Of a stretch of DNA of 64,000 bases, positions 9,560 to 23,918 are shown piece after piece; the stretch's first letter is position 1; each line of letters opens with the position of its first letter. A program made the translations under genes and the position numbers. The notes beneath the pieces are model-generated. The model saw only the letters and a list, made by a program, of their open reading frames with translations. It had not been told where the DNA came from and searched no databases. The stretch is from an uncultured Planctomycetota bacterium (GTDB lineage Bacteria; Planctomycetota; Planctomycetia; Isosphaerales; Isosphaeraceae): NCBI GenBank assembly GCA_963823665.1, contig CAWGMQ010000011.1, positions 448,001 through 512,000 on the forward strand, written 5' to 3'.

Positions 9560-10041
9560 CATTTCTGGGTTGTGGCGCGGTACGTGGAGCGCAATGCATT
9601 GCGCGCGAATCTGGTCTCGCGAGCGGACGATTGGCGGTGGTCCAGTCTGTGGCGACGGTGCCACTGAACGCAGGTGGAGCAGTCGTTACTGGCAGCTTGG
9701 CCCGTTGAAGTGCCACCGAATTGGGTCGAGCGAGTCAATCAGGCCGATGACGGGCGGGAGTTGGAAGCGCTTCGCCGGAGCGTACAGCGAGGGCGCCCCT
9801 ACGGCCGGCCCGAGTGGCAGAAGGAGATCGCGAAGCGCCTTGGACTGGAGTCGGCTTATCGTCCGGCGGGGCGGCCGCGGAAGGCGGGAAACGATCCGAG
9901 CGAGCCGCGAGAAGTTTAGACTGGTTGTCTAGATCGCCATAAACGGACCTGTCCCCGTTTCCCTGCTGCTGCTGTGTGCTGTGTGTGGTTTCCCTGCTGC
10001 TGCTGGTGTCCCCGTTTCCCTTGCCCTTGTTGGTGTCCCCC

Positions 10042-10911
10042 TACCGGGTGATGAGCCGGGCCGACCGCGACGCCCCGCCGGCGGCAGCGCCCCTGTGGGC
10101 GCGGGAACCCGCCCCGGCGACGGCCCCGGCACCGCTGCGGATCCTGGTGGCCGAGGACAACGAGTTGAACGCGCAGCTCGTGGAGCAGTTGCTCCTCCGG
10201 CGGGGCCACCGCGTGCGGCTGGCGAGCAACGGCCGGGAGGTGCTGGCCGTGGCGGAAGAGGACGCCTTCGACCTGCTGCTCCTGGACGTCCACATGCCGG
10301 AGCTGGACGGCTTTCACGTGGTCCAGACGGTTCGAGAACGGGAGCGTTTCGCGGGGGGCCATTTGCCCGTCATTGCCTTGACGGTGCGCATGCGCAACGA
10401 AGACCGCGAGCACTGCCTGGCGGCTGGCATGGACGATTTCCTCGCCAAGCCGATCGGCCCCGCGGAGCTCTTCGCGGCGATCGATCGGGTGTCGGCTGGC
10501 CGAACGCCGTCCGATTTGGCGCTTGCCGTGTCCACGGAGCCCGGAATCTTGGTCGACCCGGTTACACTGCTCGCGGCGTGCGACAACGATCCGGTGCTCC
10601 TGGATCACCTGATCCACATCTTTCGGAACAACGCACCGGGCTCCCTGGCCCGGGTTCAGGAGGCCATCACGCGGCAAGACCCGGCCCGCCTGCGGGAATC
10701 GGCTCACCAGTTGCGCGGCCTCCTCTCGACTTTCTCGCCGAAGGCCGCTCAGGACGCCGCCCTGCTCGAGGCGATGGGAGCCGGCGGCGAGCTCGGCGAT
10801 GCCGCCTCGTGTTTCAAGACGCTCGCCGATCTGATCGAGCGCCTCTGGCCACTCCTGGAAAACCTGCCGATCGACGAGCTGCGCCGCCGCTCGCGACGCC
10901 CCCTGGAGTAA
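10042..10911 (+). pseudogene. Receiver + Hpt C-terminal portion of a hybrid sensor kinase, 5'-truncated
   Basis: LRILVAEDNELN, LLLLDVHMPELDG, AAGMDDFLAKP, Hpt RESAHQLRG; begins abruptly at the element's right-end repeats; could still be expressed from ATG 10051. Confidence 0.7.
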
Positions 10912-11403
10912 GCTCGAAGGCGGTATGACCGCCGCGGCCCAGACTCTAGAGGATGCCACCTCATGAACTCGCTAGCAGTTTCGCCATATCTCGTCGCGGC
11001 ATCTCGTTATTCGATTACTTCGCCGACGAACTCCAGCACGCCAATGTTTTACGTTTGCAGCCTGCCTGACATCGATCAGCAGTCGCAGTCGACTCGTCGC
11101 GAGTCTCTTGCAACGCCGCATGCCGCCGCGATCCGGAATTCAGGCCATTATTGATCGACGCCGAGCGGAATCAGATCCGTGGCTGGACGATGAACACGAT
11201 TGACGGCCCCGAGGTCGGTCTCGACTGCCCGAGGCCGTTCAGGCCGTCGCCATTCCAGCGTACGTTCGTCGCGGAAAGAGAACCATGTTGCCCAAAATCC
11301 TAGTCGCATTCGTGAAACGTTCCGGCATAGCGTCAGGAGTGGGGTCGCCGCCGCAGTCAAGGTTCGTCCGCCGTCTCGAACAACTGTTCCCGTACGTCGC
11401 GCC

Positions 11404-12069
11404 CTACCGCGTGACTCTCTTGCCGCAGGCATCGATCAACCACCATTCTCCTCCTTCCCAGAATGGAGGTGCGTCGTAGAACACACGAAGGGTTCCTCCC
11501 ATGTGAACCCTGGCTATGCCGCCCTGAAAGCTGTGTGCTTCGTTAAAGACGGGCTCGATTTGGTACTTGCCGGTCTTGTCGATGTAGCCCCAGGCGTCAC
11601 CTCGCCCATAGACAGTTGTTTTCTTGATTCGCACGGCGGCGAGCCCTTCACTGAAGTCGTGCGCTTCACCAAATCGTGGGCTGATCACCACTTTCCCCTC
11701 ATGGTCAATGTAACCGTATGATGAATTCTCATCGCTCTGGGCCTCACCGCCGCGCACGATGACCACCGCCAGCCCCTGATGAAACTGCTCCGCCCAGCCG
11801 TCCACGCTCAGAACTGCATTTCCTATTCGGTCAATGAAACGGGTGCGCCAGACCTCTCCCGGAAGGCTCCGATCGATATGCTCAGGCGCGAGTCCTTCAA
11901 GAAAATCGCCCGTTTCGGTTTGCGATCCTCCGCTGCCTGTGTGCCCCGAATCCGGGCTGTCGACAACGTGGGTGGGACCGACGAGAACAAGGGCCACGAC
12001 CAAGATCGTTCCCGTGGCTGCAACAAGAAAGCGGAATGCGATTTTCTTCAATGACACGCCTGATATCAC
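11404..12069 (-). CDS. WG-repeat (KWG-type beta-repeat) protein with N-terminal membrane anchor
   Basis: YGYIDHEGKVVISPRFGEAHDFSEGLAAV and WGYIDKTGKYQIEPVFNEAHSFQGGIARV repeats. Confidence 0.8.
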   Translation of the reverse strand: MISGVSLKKIAFRFLVAATGTILVVALVLVGPTHVVDSPDSGHTGSGGSQTETGDFLEGLAPEHIDRSLPGEVWRTRFIDRIGNAVLSVDGWAEQFHQGLAVVIVRGGEAQSDENSSYGYIDHEGKVVISPRFGEAHDFSEGLAAVRIKKTTVYGRGDAWGYIDKTGKYQIEPVFNEAHSFQGGIARVHMGGTLRVFYDAPPFWEGGEWWLIDACGKRVTR

Positions 12070-12258
12070 TTACACGGAAAAGTGGCAACGGCGAGCCTCA
12101 TAGCCCCGCCGTGGTCCACCTTTCATCTTGTTCATCGGCTGAATGCCGGTTTTACCTGGCTCATGGCGCATTCGCTGTGATATTCCGCCATATTCTCAAC
12201 CGAGGGCGTATCCGTCAATGTTCGCGTAAGTTGTGGTTCTGCAAGGCGATGTCTTCAA

Positions 12259-12681
12259 TGACCGGGGAGGGGCTCGAACCCTCGACCAACGGATTAACCT
12301 ACCTCATCGGCTTTCGCCGACCGCGTGGAATCGAGTACCGGGTGCTTTCGGGTGCAGCGGCAATCGAATCTGGCGTTGAAAGTCTGGACTATACCATCGC
12401 CATCGCAGGCGTGCCGCGTCTAGTCTCTGAGGCTGAGACCGATCAAGGACCGGACTCTTGCCTGCTGATTACCCAATCCGCCCACTTTTCAAACCGTCGC
12501 GCTTGCCGTTACCGGCTTCGCTGTGGTGCAGGCGGCTCTCAGGGCGTTCCAGCAAATTGCGGCATTCACTCGTCGCGGTTCGGCTTCTTCCCGCGCGAGG
12601 CTCCTGAGCTTCGATCTCCCTTGGTACTTACCTGACTGCTCCCTGTGAAGTCCGTTGCTCTACCGACTGAGCTACCCGGTC
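12259..12681 (-). tRNA. Intron-containing tRNA, best read as tRNA-Lys(UUU); exon 1 12681-12648, exon 2 12297-12259; CCA not encoded
   Basis: Joined exons give a canonical 73-nt cloverleaf GACCGGGTAGCTCAGTCGGTAGAGCAACGGACTT|TTAATCCGTTGGTCGAGGGTTCGAGCCCCTCCCCGGTCA; G1-C72 and A73 favour Lys over the 1-nt-shifted Asn(GUU) reading. Confidence 0.88.
12298..12647 (-). ncRNA. Group I self-splicing intron (350 nt, no ORF) in the anticodon
   Basis: P AATTTGCTGGAA, Q AATCAGCAGG, R CTCAGAGACTA, S GATGGTATAGTCC in order; terminal hairpin GTCGGC-GAAA-GCCGAT; exon ends in U and intron ends in G. Confidence 0.92.
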
Positions 12682-12953
12682 TACGGACATACAGATTAAG
12701 GCAGCGAACCGCGCACGTCCAGCCAGGACCGATCTGACACCCTCGCGCTGGATGATGTACACGGCGTGACGCGGGGGCTAGAATGAGTGCGTGGCAGGAG
12801 GTCTCGCTGCAAGCGGCGATGCAGGCGGCCGGTTCCGCGGCCCGGATCCGAGGGGCGTGGGGCCGACTCACTGAGCCCGCACGCGGACGGTTCGGCCCGT
12901 GAATTTCGTTCCGTGCCGGAGAACGCACGCCCCCAACGCTCGAGGGAGACTTG

Positions 12954-17117
<4,164 letters not shown>

Positions 17118-17149
17118 CGTGGGCGCTCGTGAGCGGGTGGCAGCCTTCG

Positions 17150-18978
17150 CTTCCAGGGCGAGATCCAGCGGCGCCTCGGGTTCCGGCAGGAATGCAGCTC
17201 GGTCTCGGGCAGGGCCTCCGAGTGTGCGATCACACGCTCACCGGGCTCGAGGCCTCTCACGACCTCGGCGAAATCGGCGTCGGTTACCCCCAGCGCGATG
17301 GGCCGCCATTCCCAGTCTTCACCGGTCGTCGACACCAGCGTCGCGGCGTAGGACCTGTCGCCGACCCATCGAACGGCCTCGAGCGGGATTCGCGTCACAT
17401 CGTGCCGTGTCTCGATCAGGAAATCCAGCTCGGCGGAAAGGCCGGTGGTCATCTCGTCGAATCCCCCGGATTCGATGCGAACGATGGCGAAGAAGCTGCG
17501 GACGTCCGGAGAGGCCGCACCGGCAGACGATGGAATCGGGACAATCTGCGCCACGCTGCCCTGGAGCGGCTGCTCGGGAAACGCCTCGAGATGGATCATC
17601 ACGGGCAACCCGGGCCGGATGCGCGCGACCTGCGACTCGTTGATCCTGGCCCTCACCTGGATGTGGTGCGAGTCAAGGAGGCGGAAGATCGGCTGCATGG
17701 TATGAACGATCAGTCCCTCGCGAATCTGGTTATCGCTTGTTGCAGAGCCGTACGGCGGGTTGGCGTAGACGACGGTTCCGTCGCGCGGCGCCCGCAAGGT
17801 GCAGTTTGCGACCATGGTTTCGATTCGCTTGAGTCGCTGGTGCTCCAGCCGGAAGGACCACTCGAGAGACAGCAAGTCGGCCCGGATCGCCTCGATTCTG
17901 GCGCGGCGAGCTTTGAGGATGCGTTTGCCGGTGTATTTCTCGAGCTGCTCGAGCATCCCCTCGGCATTGCGGAGAGCGATCGTTGCCTGCTCGACCAGCG
18001 CCTTATCGGCGTTGACCTGGGTCTCGGTACGAAAACCCTTTCTGAAAGCCCGGCGCGACCAGTCGAGGTTGCGAGCGGCCTGTTCTTTCTCGATCCGGCG
18101 AATGGCGATATTCTGCCGAACCAGCTCGATGTCCTGCGGGAGCAGGCCGGCTTCATACTCCCGAAGCGCGATCATGTCGGCCTCGAGAACATATTTCGCC
18201 TGCTCGACCCACGCTTTGGCTTGCGCGTTCGAAGCTGCTGTACGGTGAGCGCATCGCGCAAAGCCGATGAATCGAGCTCGCACACAACCTCGCCGGCCTT
18301 GACGTGGGTTCCCTCGTCCAGGATCGAAATGATCGAGAGCGGCGCGGGAGCCGTCGTCGCCATCACACCCAGATCAGGGAGCGTCGAACGCAGCGGAACG
18401 TGCGGCTCGACGACATAATCAAAGCTGCGGATTGCAGACCGGCTCAGGGAGCCCGTTGAGTCGAATGTCGCCGCCGGACTCGAAAACGCGAGGGCCGACG
18501 ATCCGGCGGCCGGGTTCGATCCCGGCAACTTCGAGTCCGAGACTCTCCCCGGCGCCGTGCCGGAGGGCGCCGCCAGCCTGGCCTTCGAGGTACTGAGCGT
18601 TTTGGCGACGGCCGCGAGTGCTGTTTCCCTGGGTTGTGTCGCGGAAGATCCGCCGCCGATCCTCCTGCCCGCTCGAGGCGACGGAGACGGGGATGCTCCC
18701 GCGGGCGGTGCACCGACTGGGAGACCCAGAAGCGACTCGACGCGGCAGCGCACCACGTCATCCACCGAGCTTTCGAGAACGCCGTTCTCGGTGACGACGA
18801 GTGAAACGTCGCCCTGGTCGACCTCGACCGTCGCCACCTCCGGTGCCGATTCGCGTGGCAATGGTCCGCCCCGGCGTTCCAGAAACAAGGCAAGACAGAG
18901 GGCGGAGAGCACGGCCGCCGCGAGCCATCCTCGCGCGCCTCGCATGCCGTGCGCGTTGGTATTTTGACCTGTTGACAT
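17150..18978 (-). CDS. RND/ABC efflux periplasmic adaptor (HlyD-like), frameshifted near 18235; 3' end approximate
   Basis: ORFs 18172-18978 (IISILDEGTHVKAGEVVCELDSS) and 16961-18283 (CTLRAPRDGTVVY, GLEPGERV) are consecutive parts of one membrane-fusion protein. Confidence 0.75.
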
Positions 18979-19212
18979 TCCCGATCACTCCATGAAGAGC
19001 TACGAGTCAGAAGCGAATCCGTTCAAGCGCGGCAACGAGAGAGCGTCTTGCTCACGGCAAGGTGCTGACGCCGGCAGGCCTCTGGCGAGCTGACGAATAT
19101 CCAGGTCTCGCTCGACGGTCTATGGGCGGGCGATGTCTCGAGAGGGCGTCAGGAGCCCCTGGCGGGCAAAAGGGTGTCGTCGGCACGAGGGACGAGCAAC
19201 CTTCTTGAACCA

Positions 19213-19255
19213 AAGTTAAACATTTTCCGGCTCATTTGTCAAACGAATGTTTAAC
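19213..19255 (-). promoter_or_regulatory. Putative sigma70 promoter bracketed by a 10-bp inverted repeat, upstream of the efflux adaptor gene
   Basis: Minus-strand TTGACA (19242-19237) with TAACTT 18 nt downstream; GTTAAACATT (19215-19224) / AATGTTTAAC (19246-19255). Confidence 0.45.
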
Positions 19256-19396
19256 GGGAGCGGGATGATAGCGGGTTCACTTCTCCAGTGGACCTCCGCA
19301 GGTGTCGGTACGACGATTTGATCCCGTCATCTTGAACGGATCGCGAAGTGACCCGTCGAGCGGGCCGCTACGTCTGCATCCCCGTCGGGCGGGCCG

Positions 19397-19640
19397 CTAC
19401 GTCTGGATCACGGGAAGCGGGTCGAACCGCCCTCCGAGCGCGCCGGCCGCCGGCAGCGCCAGCCAGTCCTGGAGCACGGCGGCGTAAATCCGCCGGACGT
19501 CGACCGCCATCTTCAGGTCGCCGTCCTCGAGGTCGAGGAGGCTCGGGGTGTCACCGGCCAAACCGGCTCGCAGATGCTTCCCGACGAGGAAGACGGGCCC
19601 GGCCGTGCCGTGGTCCGTCCCGCCCAAGGCGTTCAAAGCG
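19397..19640 (-). pseudogene. C-terminal remnant of a DUF1501 protein
   Basis: NALGGTDHGTAGPVFLVG...DLEDGDLKMAVDVRRIYAAVLQDWL; upstream bulk of the gene absent. Confidence 0.75.
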
Positions 19641-19689
19641 ATCCTTTCGTCCGGGGATCGGGGTCAAGCGAGTTGAGCTTCGGGCGACG

Positions 19690-20674
19690 ACAGGATCAGG
19701 GCGACCGCCCGCCGCTCGGATTCGGAGAGAGACGGCGAGCCTGGTGAGCCGATCGCGCCAGCCCGCGCCGGGATCGGCCCCCAGCAGGATTTCCACCAGC
19801 GATCTGACCACCCGATCGAGGCTCAACGCGCCGCTGGCCGGCCCGGTCAGGCGGAGTGCATCCGGGGGCTCGGCCAGGCCGAGCTCGCGTCCGGAGGCCA
19901 GCGCCGTCGCGAAGTTCATCCGGGCGATCATCCCGCGCGAGCTGAGCCAGGACCGCCCCCCGGCCCAGCCGCCGACGTTCGGAGGGTCGAACAGGTCCTG
20001 GCCCATCCGGGTCGCCCATCCGGCCAGCACCAGCGGGTTCGGCGCCGGCTCGAGGCAACCCAGCGCCCGCACCGCGCCGACGACGAACTCGACCGGCCCC
20101 ACGACCCGCGTGCCGAGGTTCGCCGCCGCGAAGAAGGCGCGCAATCGCAGGATCATCGCGACGCCCCAGCCGCTGTCGAGGTGATGCGCCCGCAATCCCT
20201 CCGCCAGCTCGTCCAGGTCCTGCGAGCGGACGCTCGCCTCGCCCATCTGCGAAACAGGTCGTTCTGCCGCCGCATGGCGGCCAGGTCGTTGACCTTCTGG
20301 TTGCCGGTGGCGAAGTGATTGTGCCACAAGAGCGCGAGCCGCTCGCCCAGCGGGTCGGGGCCGAGCAGCATGCGGAAGACCCACCACGCCTTGAGGCGGT
20401 CCGGATCGCCGGTCGCGACCGCCGCCTCGGCGATCGCCGCCGAGGCACGTTCGAATTCGGCAACGGCCCCCGCGGGGCGTATCCGGCCGGCCAGGAGCCG
20501 GTCGACACTCGCCTCCGCGCCATCCTCCAGGTCGCGCCGCAGCTCCGCGCCGGTTGCGGCGAACCCCGCCCGGCGGTGGAGGTGGACGACGCGGCGGAGG
20601 TCCCAGGGCGTTTCGGGCGTCGGCCGGTAAGGGGCCCAGTAGCTCCCCGCGAGTCTGTTGTCGGGATGACTCAT
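19690..20674 (-). pseudogene. DUF1800 family protein with an internal deletion
   Basis: HLHRRAGFAAT, DPLGERLALLWHNHFATG, then jumps near 20240 to the C-terminal MGQDLFDPPNVGGWAGGRSWL; central region missing. Confidence 0.75.
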
Positions 20675-20696
20675 GGTCCACGCTCCGGTCGTCAGT

Positions 20697-23615
20697 TCAA
20701 TCCTCGGCCGTGAAGTCGCCCAGCTCCTTGACTTCGCCCGCCCGCGTGCTCACGTCCGCGGCCACCCTGCCAGCGAACCGGCCGTCCTGAAAGACTTTCA
20801 GGCTGTATTTCAGGCCCGGGACCAGTCCGGAGAACCGGAACCGCCCGTCCTTGTCGGTCCTCATGGACGAGGGGAGGGCCCCCTTCTCGAGCGCCTTATC
20901 CTCTTCCTCGAAGAGGATCGGGCGGTTGCAGTTCAACAGGGCCCCGGCCTGCGGCAGGCCGCCGCGATCGACGAGCCGGCCGGACCAGGTCCCGCACGGT
21001 TCGAGCTTGACGGTCAGGGGGCCCGCCTCGTCGGGCTTGACCACATAGGCCCCGGCGAGGTGCTTCGCCTCGTGATAGAAGAGCAGCCCGCGCTTCCGCT
21101 CGGTTCCGAGCGCGTGCACCTCGAACTCGGCCGTGGGAAGCGGTCGCTCGGACCATGCTCCCTGGACGTCGTCCTCCGCGCCCGTCATCAGGGCGCCGGC
21201 CACCGGCTCGCCGTCGGGGCCGACGAGCTTGCCCTTGAGCGTCCGGCCGCGGTCGAGCCCGATGTCGACCGTGACCGACTCTTCCCCTGGCCTCGGATCG
21301 ATCTCGACGAGGGTGTTGAAGTTCGCCGGAATGATCGGGCGGGGTAGCGCAGGGACCACCGCGAGCCCCCGCGAGTTCAGCCCCTTGATGTTTTCGAGCC
21401 CGGCTCCCAGCCGGTAGGGACCTGCGGACCAAGGCACCAGGATGCCCCGGCCGGGGATGACCGCGATCTGGAATTCACCGTTCTCATCGGTTTGGAAGGG
21501 CCGAGCCGACGGTACGGGCCGTACTCCGGGTAGTCCTTCACGTGCGGATTGTCCTCGAGGATGAAGTAATCGAGTTCCGCAGGGACCGGCCTGCCGGTCG
21601 AGCGATCGATGACCCGCCCGTGCGCCCAGGCGCCGCGCCGCAGGGCGAAGTCCTTGCGGACCGAGGCCGGCCCGGGTGCTTCGCCGACGTGCTGGAGCGA
21701 CCCGACGTAGGGCGGCCCCTCCTTCGCGCAGGCCAGGAGGTCCTGGTCGTGGCCCAAGGTGTCCTTCAGGGGTAAACCCGAGAGCCGGTAATCGCCCCGT
21801 GCGTCGGTGGTCGTCTTGAAGAAGCGGAACGGATCACCGAAGGGCGGTATCGTCGTCTGCACGGTGATGCCGGCCAGTGGCCGGCCGCTGTCCTTGTCGC
21901 GGACCGTCCCGACGATCTCGAGGCCGGGGCCGGCCGCGAGCTCGGGCGCTGCGCCGTGATACACGACGTCGCGTCCGGGATTGTGGGAGGGGGACGCTTC
22001 CAGGACGTGGACTTTCACCGCCGCCACGTCCCGGGTCGCGGCGTACTCGAAGAGTGTCTCGATGCCCGGACCGCCGACGAGCAACGCGGCGATCCGCTCG
22101 CGGCCGACCCCCTTGAGCGTGAACCGTCCCTCGCGGTCGGCCACGACGGCGGGGAACAGCCCCGGGATGTCGCCGCCGGACCATGATCGGAGCGTCCTGG
22201 ACTGGGCCGGGTAGGCGGCCCTGCTCCCTCTTCAGGGCATCGAGCCACTCGTCGAGCGTGCCGGAGTTGGGCCGGAGGATGCCGACGAGCTGGACCGTGG
22301 CCCCGGCGACGGGCCGGCCCTGGATGTCGATCACCCGCCCTCGGATCGGCACGTCGTCCTTGGCGAGGCGGAGCACCGGCGCGGCGTCGCCGCCCGCCGG
22401 CTCCAGGAACGCCGGCCCGTACCCCTCGGCCATGGCCACGAGCTGGGCCGATGGGTCCCGAGCGGCCTTCACGTCCCCCGGCGACAGGCGGAACGAGCCG
22501 TCGGGGTCCGTGCGGGTCAGCAGGACCGCGGCCTTCGTCCGGCGGCCGACTGCATTCCGCAAGGCATCACCGAGGGGATCGGGCTCGGGGTGGGATCGGT
22601 ACACGGTCGCCCCCGCGACGGGCTTGCCGTCGGGGTCGAGCACCCGGACGGTCACCGTCGCGCCGGAGTTCGGCTGCACCGGCGTCTGCGTGGCCGAAGG
22701 TAGCCGGGATTCCGCTGGCCGCCCTCCGGCCACCGGCGAGGAACGCTTCATCGGCTGTTGGTCTTGGGTGGCCGTCACGCCGGCAATACCCCAGCCAATT
22801 CCCGCGGCAGCCAACAACGCAACCGCTCCCAGCTTCAACTTGGTCATGAGCATCGTCCTTAGCACCTCCCGGCAGAGGGCGGCCGTCGATGCCGAGACCA
22901 TCCCCGCCGCCGCCCGCGATGCGGAGTAAGTCGTCCGCTCAATCAGAGCCCTCGGTACAATCTCCGCAGAGGCGCGTTCGTGGAGTAGCGCCGCCAATGC
23001 GACAGCCGGCTCGAATCCGCGACGGACGAGCCTGGAGCGGAGCAGCTCCTTGGCGCGCCCCAGTCGCCCGCGAACTGAGCCCTCGGTCCAGCCGAGCTGG
23101 GCCGCGGCTTCCGCCCTGGTCCGCCCCTCCAGCACGCAAAGCACGACCGGCAGGCGATAGGTCGCAGGGAGCCGGTCGATCTCATCATAGATCTCTGGCC
23201 ATCGGTCGTCGTGAGTCATATCGATAACGGCCTCGACCGCCCTCAACTCGGCTGCCCTCCGTTCGTGACTTCTCCTGCGAGCTGCCGCGCGGTTGGCGAG
23301 GAGACAGACCCGACGCGCCACGCCGTAAAGCCACCCCCCCAAGGAGTCGCGCCCCCGTACCGACGCGGGCCGCCGGGCGAGGACCAGGAACGTGGCCTGG
23401 AACGCGTCATCGACCTCGCCGGGATTCTTGAGCGACCGGCGGCAGACCGCCAACACCATCGGCGCGTGCCGCTCGACCAACATCGTGAAGGCGTCCTCGT
23501 CCCGGTGTGAGAGGAATCGCTCCAGCAGTTGGCCGTCCGCCAGGCCGACGAACGAGCCCTCGGTGAACAGCCGGTCGAGATGCCCCAGGGCGGTCTGAAG
23601 TCTTGAAATAGCCAT
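20697..23615 (-). CDS. Planctomycete ECF sigma factor with TM helix and beta-sandwich (carboxypeptidase-regulatory-like) extension; split by frameshifts near 22220 and 21500-21430
   Basis: DGQLLERF, LVERHAPMVLAVCRR, DDAFQATFLVL, region 4 EAAAQLGWTEGSVRGRL; repeated GRVID..G.PVAGA modules over three ORFs. Confidence 0.8.
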
Positions 23616-23918
23616 CGCCAATGAGTCCTCGGTGCGCCAACAAGCCGCACTGCCCATGATGTTGCCGGCGACGGCCTGAATGGCACGGTTTTTTTTCGAC
23701 GATCATTTTGGAGTGTGAGTGGAAGTTATGCCCGCACATCAATCATCCTAACCGTTCACGAGCTGCCGAAACCTCTGCTGACCACGCACCGACGCACGTG
23801 GCGATGCGGCGTCATCTGCGGCTTGCTGCTGCACGGTAGCTGCAGTCTAGCGGCCGATGAAGAGCAAGAACGCGCAGCCCCATGGCGTGACTGCCCAGGC
23901 GCTGCGCGGCCGTGACGC

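Larger units (their letters stand above)
9025..9919 (+). pseudogene. REP-associated-type tyrosine transposase (Y1_Tnp), inactivated
   Basis: MPRTARVAPGGMVFHVLNRG...LMPNHWHLLVWP...GHVYQGRYKS...HFWVVARYVERN...DDWRWSS...RPAGRPRK; in-frame TAG at 9184 and TGA at 9665; 185-bp insertion at 9375-9559. Confidence 0.9.
8870..10040. mobile_element. Defunct inverted-repeat-flanked HUH Y1 tyrosine-transposase element (RAYT/TIRYT-like)
   Basis: Left GGAAACGGGGTCAGGTCCG (8885-8903, 8967-8985) is inverted against right CGGACCTGTCCCCGTTTCC (9944-9962); extra GGGG(A/T)CA copies on both sides; CACAGCAGCAGCAG (8941-8954) inverted against 9963-9976; encloses the transposase pseudogene. Confidence 0.75.

Noticed and set aside
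12036..12635. 199-aa plus-strand ORF over the intron as a homing endonuclease
   Set aside because: Antisense to the tRNA and intron, with no LAGLIDADG, HNH or GIY-YIG motif
12299..12648. tRNA-Asn(GUU) reading with the intron at 33/34
   Set aside because: Formally possible but disfavoured: bacterial tRNA-Asn usually has U1-A72 and G73, whereas this gene has G1-C72 and A73
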